Source: Azolla caroliniana (Eukaryota > Plantae > Polypodiophyta). Taken from it: a stretch of DNA of 64,000 nucleotides. Each line of letters opens with the position of its first letter. Within the stretch, counting starts at the first letter, position 1. The DNA is taken from positions 12,958,001 to 13,022,000 of the forward strand of contig JBHGNT010000010.1 in the NCBI GenBank assembly GCA_043228905.1, given 5' to 3'. The translations under genes were made by a program, and so were the position numbers. The notes beneath the pieces were generated by a model. That model searched no databases, was not told where the DNA came from, and worked only from the letters and a program-made list of their open reading frames with translations. Positions 60,708-64,000 of this stretch are shown here, piece after piece.

Positions 60708-63700
60708 ATGAACCTCCCATCGAGCCTGACAATTAAAGCACCTCTCAACACACCTCCACTACAGGGGAGCCCAATGGCTGACCCACTCGTCGTAGAGCGA
60801 CACATACGGGATGCCACGCAAGAGTTACATATGATAGAACAAGAAATCAATATATGTACAACGCAACTCGCGAAAGGGAGACAACCGAAAATCATCACCC
60901 GAGATATTGAAGCCACTTTGGCAGAAAGGAAAGACAGGTTTGCGCGATTGCAACAAAAAATTCACCTCCTAGAAGCATCGCTACATACACTGCACCGCAT
61001 TCGAACACAACGGGCGACAACCCAAACGAAGCACACACACAACGACACCCGACGCCACGACATATGGACATGACCCCTACACCCGACCGAACTACCTCAG
61101 CACCGCCGAACACCGAACTGACACTAGCATTACAATCCATCCAAACCCTCGTGGCATTGATGGAAAAAGAGCGAGCGTCCACAGACAATGCGAGAAACCC
61201 CAGAAACGGCAACGGTGTCATGAAGATTCTCGGTGATAGTGTGAAACTTGTGAGCAACATACGAAATCAACTGTGGTTCTTCTCACAAAATATAAAACAA
61301 TAATAGTGAAGAGACTATTTTAAATAAGTTTAATATCTTGGTACAAAAAGATGGAGGTCTTAAAGAGCTTTTGAATGCACTTTGCTACATAACAAACGGT
61401 CAACTAAGTGTGAAGTTATGTGGGTATGAAGTTGCGAAAAAAGAAAAGAAAAGAAAAGAAAAACAAACCTGTGAGATGTCCCACATAGATAGGACAAACA
61501 AGGATCCTACAATATATAAAGCAAAGCCAAGAGCTATTATTTTTTGTCTATGTGTGGAGCATAGAGAGTTCAAGGTGACTTGAACTAAGTTAATCAAATG
61601 AATGGGTGTGGCATAGCTACTTGCAAAGGTTTTGGCCAACCAAAACCGGACCGGCAATAGCGGCGGCGGCTGGCATGCGGCGACCAGCAACGACGACCAG
61701 TGACCGGCCGGTGACGGAACCGGCTAGGGATGCGAACCAAATGGATCGGTCAATTGTGGTGCACGGTGTCTTAAAAATATTTGGTGTAATTACAAGACCA
61801 AAAGCCTAATAGTATTTTGTGCTTTAAAAAGGGATGTATACAAGCCTTGAACATTGCACCTCCAAGTTGAGAGTCTATAAGCTTACGATTAAGCCAAATC
61901 ATTTCTTTAGGAATATATTTTTTATCACGATACTTTTACATGTAATTCTCATACATAAGAGCTTAGATGATGACATGGCAAGCATGCATTTCATGCATTC
62001 CGTGCATGTCTTGCACCCTCACCTACACCATATGCATGGGGGCATCTATAAAAGAGTGGATGAATCAAGCAACTGGGGGAGCTCTGTATTAAACAAGAAA
62101 TTAAGAGGAAGAAAATTCGTTATCCCATTTTTGTGATGTATTAATCTTGTCTCTCAATCTAAAGTCAAGCATTCTATCTTATCTTAATCTCTCTCTTTCA
62201 ATCTATCTTAAATACTTTCTTGCTAAAGCTAGACCAAACTTCGAATCATTCTGGTCCAAAACCCCGACGGTTCCGCCTCAAGATCCGCACGTAGTGACGG
62301 ATCTTCACGACAACGGGAAAAGTGATTCCATTTCTAAACTAGTACCCCATTTTCTCGGTTTCGGTTATGCCTATGATCACGTAGAAAGGTTCAAGTAGAT
62401 ATGTCGAGCTTATGAGCCCGTCACAGAGACCACCAAAGTAGCGGCGTTTGGACTTACATTCGATGACCAAGCTGGAATTTGGTTTAGGACCTTGAATGAG
62501 GACATCGTCACAGACTTCGAGTATGTCATCGAAGATTTCCTAATGAACTTTGCTCGTCGAGGGAATAAATGGAACCCGATCGACCAACTTTTCGCCCTCA
62601 AGCAACAAGCGAACGAAATTGTCCGGGACCACATATGTCGCATGAAAAGCCTTCACCATCGTTGTAGCCCGAGAGACAAGATGTCAGACAACAAATTGAT
62701 GAGCCGATTCATCAATGGGTTGTTTGACCCGACACTCTAAAATTTCCTGATTGCTAGGATGTGTCAGTCATTCACAGAAGCTTGTAAGGTAGTGATGACT
62801 TTCGAAGATTCAATGAGCAGGTTATGGATACCCACTCAAGTGCCTACGAACAACTGTGAGAAGCCCTCGGATCCCACTCTAGCCATGCCGTCGAGACCAC
62901 CCTGTATAGAAAGACCCCAAGAATATGCCCAAAAAGAAAATGTAAGGTGTACGGTGTGCCATGGCCATCACACGGGGCATGAGTGCCCCCTCCTCCACCA
63001 ATGACGACCTCAATACTATAAGTGGTGCAAATCCTTCGTGATGCATTCTCAAGAGAACTGTTGGCAAGCCCCAAATGGAAGGTATAACCAAGCACCAATG
63101 GTCGAGCACCCACGATCACCTCCACCGCTTAGCCGCTCACAACTACCAGCAATACTTCCCCAACAACCCCCGCTACCACGCATGGGAGCTCGCCTCACCG
63201 AACTAGAATATGCCACTGATAACCAAACTCAGGTTGGGGGGGACACCCCCGAATATGAAGACTCATACTGGGAGTACGGAGTTGAAGAAGAGGTGCTTCG
63301 TGGACTTCGAAGGCGACCAAATACCAGTGTAGGTCTTGAGAGGAGAACAGAGTGGCCTGTCGATTGGATATCGCAACAATAATGGTCTAGGAAGGTCCGA
63401 ATTGAAATGTTTCAATTGCCAAGGCGCACACGTGGATAGCGAGTGCCCAACCAAACATGAGTACTACAACCAGATGGCACAACGACTACGACATCCCCCA
63501 CTCGAAACACCCCCACAACCACTGGTACAAAGTCTCACCCAACAGTCACGGGACCTTATCGAGTGGCTCCAAAGAGAAGCATCATGCCCAAGGTGTGGTA
63601 AAGAACACTTAGTACCTGATTGCCCAACAAAAAAGAAACGGATTGGCGCAAATCTGTTTTCTATCGTACCATCAACGGTTGGCGCCAACATCATCACAGG

Positions 63701-64000
63701 AGCTCAAAGAGTAGCTCATAACTTAAAGTATCACGATCAAGGCCTGCCCACGACTACGCGTAAGAGACGAAAATTCAAAAAATGTGCATCCACGGAGGCC
63801 TCAAAGCACGATCGAGAACCGGAGGGAGATGTAGAAACAATACCCGTCGACCCTAACTAAGAGCTGCCGGCACACCTAGTAGTGTACCCAAACCCAATGG
63901 CTGAAAAACAAAAGGTCGAAGAGTACATCAAACTTATACGACACGAATAGTTTGAAAGACCACTTAGTCTCCCGAGCCTAAATTTCGACCAACTCGACCA
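60708..64000 (+). pseudogene. degenerate Ty3/gypsy gag (coiled coil, capsid domain, several zinc-knuckle-like motifs), split by a solo LTR, continuing beyond the window
   Basis: Capsid-like AGIWFRTL...FLMNF...LKQQANEIVRDH...FINGL. Knuckles CTVCHGHHTGHEC, CFNCQGAHVDSEC and CPRCGKEHLVPDC. Contains stops and frameshifts. Confidence 0.7.
61216..62312 (+). mobile_element. solo LTR related to D
   Basis: TGTCATGAAGA...TCTTCACGACA termini with perfect TSD ACGG (61212-61215 and 62313-62316). Homologous to 57978-59093. Confidence 0.92.

Overview
Gene-free, repeat-saturated eukaryotic heterochromatin. It is most likely from a land plant, probably a moss or other bryophyte; this is inferred from the tRNA and retrotransposon sequences, not from a database hit. 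Positions 1-35.4 kb are a ~780-795 bp AT-rich satellite whose monomer holds one tRNA-Glu(CTC) gene copy and a second, decayed tRNA-Glu paralogue. The array flips orientation three times. Inserted into it are solo/partial LTRs, a hAT-type MITE, a very young Gag-only non-autonomous LTR element (B), an Athila/Tat-like gypsy remnant (A), a second non-autonomous element (C) and a decayed Ty1/copia. Positions 36.3-59.1 kb are a three-level nest of tRNA-Trp-primed Ty3/gypsy elements (D+ contains E-, which contains F+). An 18-bp minisatellite and a degenerate gag split by a solo LTR follow. The Trp-primed family shows several cis features readable directly from the sequence: CpG-centred 4-bp target sites, an antisense tRNA-like Pol III (A/B box) cassette inside the LTRs of B, C and D, a G_GAU_UUU slippery site plus H-type pseudoknot between protease and RT, and a covarying hairpin just upstream of the PPT that is shared by autonomous and non-autonomous members. 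All counts and alignments were made by eye.
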